A stretch of 64,000 bases of DNA from Chloroflexota bacterium (GTDB lineage Bacteria > Chloroflexota > Dehalococcoidia > Dehalococcoidales > RBG-16-60-22). Below, in pieces: positions 63,377-64,000 of the stretch. How positions within the stretch are numbered: the first letter of the stretch is position 1; every line of letters starts with the position of its first letter. Under the pieces are notes generated by a model. That model worked only from the letters and a program-made list of their open reading frames with translations, made no database searches and was not told where the DNA came from. The translations under genes were made by a program, and so were the position numbers. Where the stretch lies: NCBI GenBank assembly GCA_018829775.1, contig JAHJTL010000075.1, forward strand, positions 416 to 64,415, written 5' to 3'.

Positions 63377-64000
63377 ATGTTTTTAATTCAGTTTCACGGC
63401 AAATCTTTCATTATACTCTTTTTACTATTGACAGTATTAGGTGTCAGTTCTTGCTCAAGTATCCCTGAATATGAGAATGCTCGGTATCCAGCGCATAGTG
63501 CAAAACCGCAGTCAGTTCCGGTTTACTCTTATAGAATAGTCAATACTTATCCCCATGATAATGGTGCTTTTACACAGGGATTGGTGTTTGAAAATGACGT
63601 TATATATGAAGGAACTGGGCTATATGGGAAATCCTCGTTACGCAAATTAGATTTGGAAACTGGTGAAGTACTGCAAATCTATGAACTCCCTACGCATTAT
63701 TTTGGCGAGGGTATTACTGTTTTTCAGGATATTATTATCCAACTAACCTGGAAATCCAACTCGGGTTTCATCTATGACAAGAACAGTTTTCAGCTATTAC
63801 GTGATTTTACCTATGCAACAGAGGGATGGGGTATTACGCATGACGGAGAACGTTTGATCATGAGCGATGGCACTTCGACCTTACATTTTCTGGATCCCGA
63901 AACTTTCAGTACTATCGGTCATATCGAGGTCTATGACAATGATATCCCCATAGATAAGCTCAATGAACTGGAATATATTAACGGCCAAATCTATGCCAAT
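63377..64000 (+). CDS. Glutaminyl-peptide cyclotransferase (bacterial/plant beta-propeller type), 3'-truncated by the window edge; absent from the ORF track
   Basis: ATG 63377; open to the window end. Signal peptide with LGVSSC. FTQGLVFE..IYEGTGLYGKSSLRKLDLETGEV..GEGIT..WGITHDG matches the PF05096 pattern. Confidence 0.8.
   Translation, partial: MFLIQFHGKSFIILFLLLTVLGVSSCSSIPEYENARYPAHSAKPQSVPVYSYRIVNTYPHDNGAFTQGLVFENDVIYEGTGLYGKSSLRKLDLETGEVLQIYELPTHYFGEGITVFQDIIIQLTWKSNSGFIYDKNSFQLLRDFTYATEGWGITHDGERLIMSDGTSTLHFLDPETFSTIGHIEVYDNDIPIDKLNELEYINGQIYAN

Noticed and set aside
1-64000. Search for CRISPR arrays, transposases/IS elements, integrases, reverse transcriptases, rRNA, tmRNA, RNase P and SRP RNA
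   Set aside because: I saw no regularly spaced repeat array, no DDE/tyrosine/serine recombinase-like ORF and no sequence resembling these RNAs. This was a visual scan only; cmsearch or ISfinder would be needed for certainty.

Overview
This is a 64-kb bacterial chromosomal segment that is mostly housekeeping and anaerobic-metabolism genes. By eye the GC content is roughly mid-50s %. The gene content points to an anaerobe: a Sec-containing SelD, a tungstate transporter behind a Moco/Tuco-type riboswitch, and an Mrp-linked [NiFe] hydrogenase. Taxonomy cannot be fixed from the sequence alone.

Core genes, in order:
- secA (5' partial), valS, coaBC-coaX-nnr
- an AKR/DUF1893/kdgK/eda block
- a corA-yhhQ-MBL-Mut7C operon
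- crt-hbd-SDR
- riboswitch-tupABC and a tRNA(CAU)
- an opuC-like osmoprotectant ABC operon
- a USP-SOD-DOMON-selD stress cluster
- a stand-alone LigD phosphoesterase, a flavoprotein and a Lon-like AAA+ protease
- a complete 14-gene mbhA-N hydrogenase operon plus its maturation protease
- a Crp/Fnr regulator beside a ferredoxin operon
- LOG, a hydrolase and a C_GCAxxG_C_C protein
- an enolase-superfamily/aminotransferase trio, tdh, an SDR and a 3'-partial glutaminyl cyclase

AT-rich accessory patches interrupt this backbone:
1. An MvaI/BcnI-type R-M cassette after secA, next to an orphan PolX 8-kDa/HhH protein coupled to an unknown 247-aa protein.
2. An HTH + 142-aa cassette wedged between coaBC and valS.
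3. A 637-bp islet bounded by an exact 22-nt duplication of the tRNA 3' end.
4. A 2.5-kb AT-rich island. It holds a 427-aa repeat coiled-coil protein and an unannotated small transmembrane peptive with its own intrinsic terminator.

Items missed by the ORF track:
- SelD continues upstream through an in-frame UGA (Sec) that is followed by a SECIS-like hairpin.
- A 49-aa, 12-Cys metallothionein-like ORF lies upstream of selD.
- A 43-aa zinc-ribbon ORF lies inside the tup operon.
- A 59-codon membrane ORF has a strong SD but no canonical start codon.

A perfect TGTGA-N6-TCACA palindrome and a near-identical second copy suggest a regulon for the encoded Crp/Fnr protein.

I found no CRISPR array, transposase, integrase or rRNA. 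No large, clearly novel multi-gene system is provable from sequence alone. The best candidates for follow-up are the HhH + 247-aa pair beside the R-M cassette, the HTH + 142-aa cassette, and the coiled-coil/small-peptide island.
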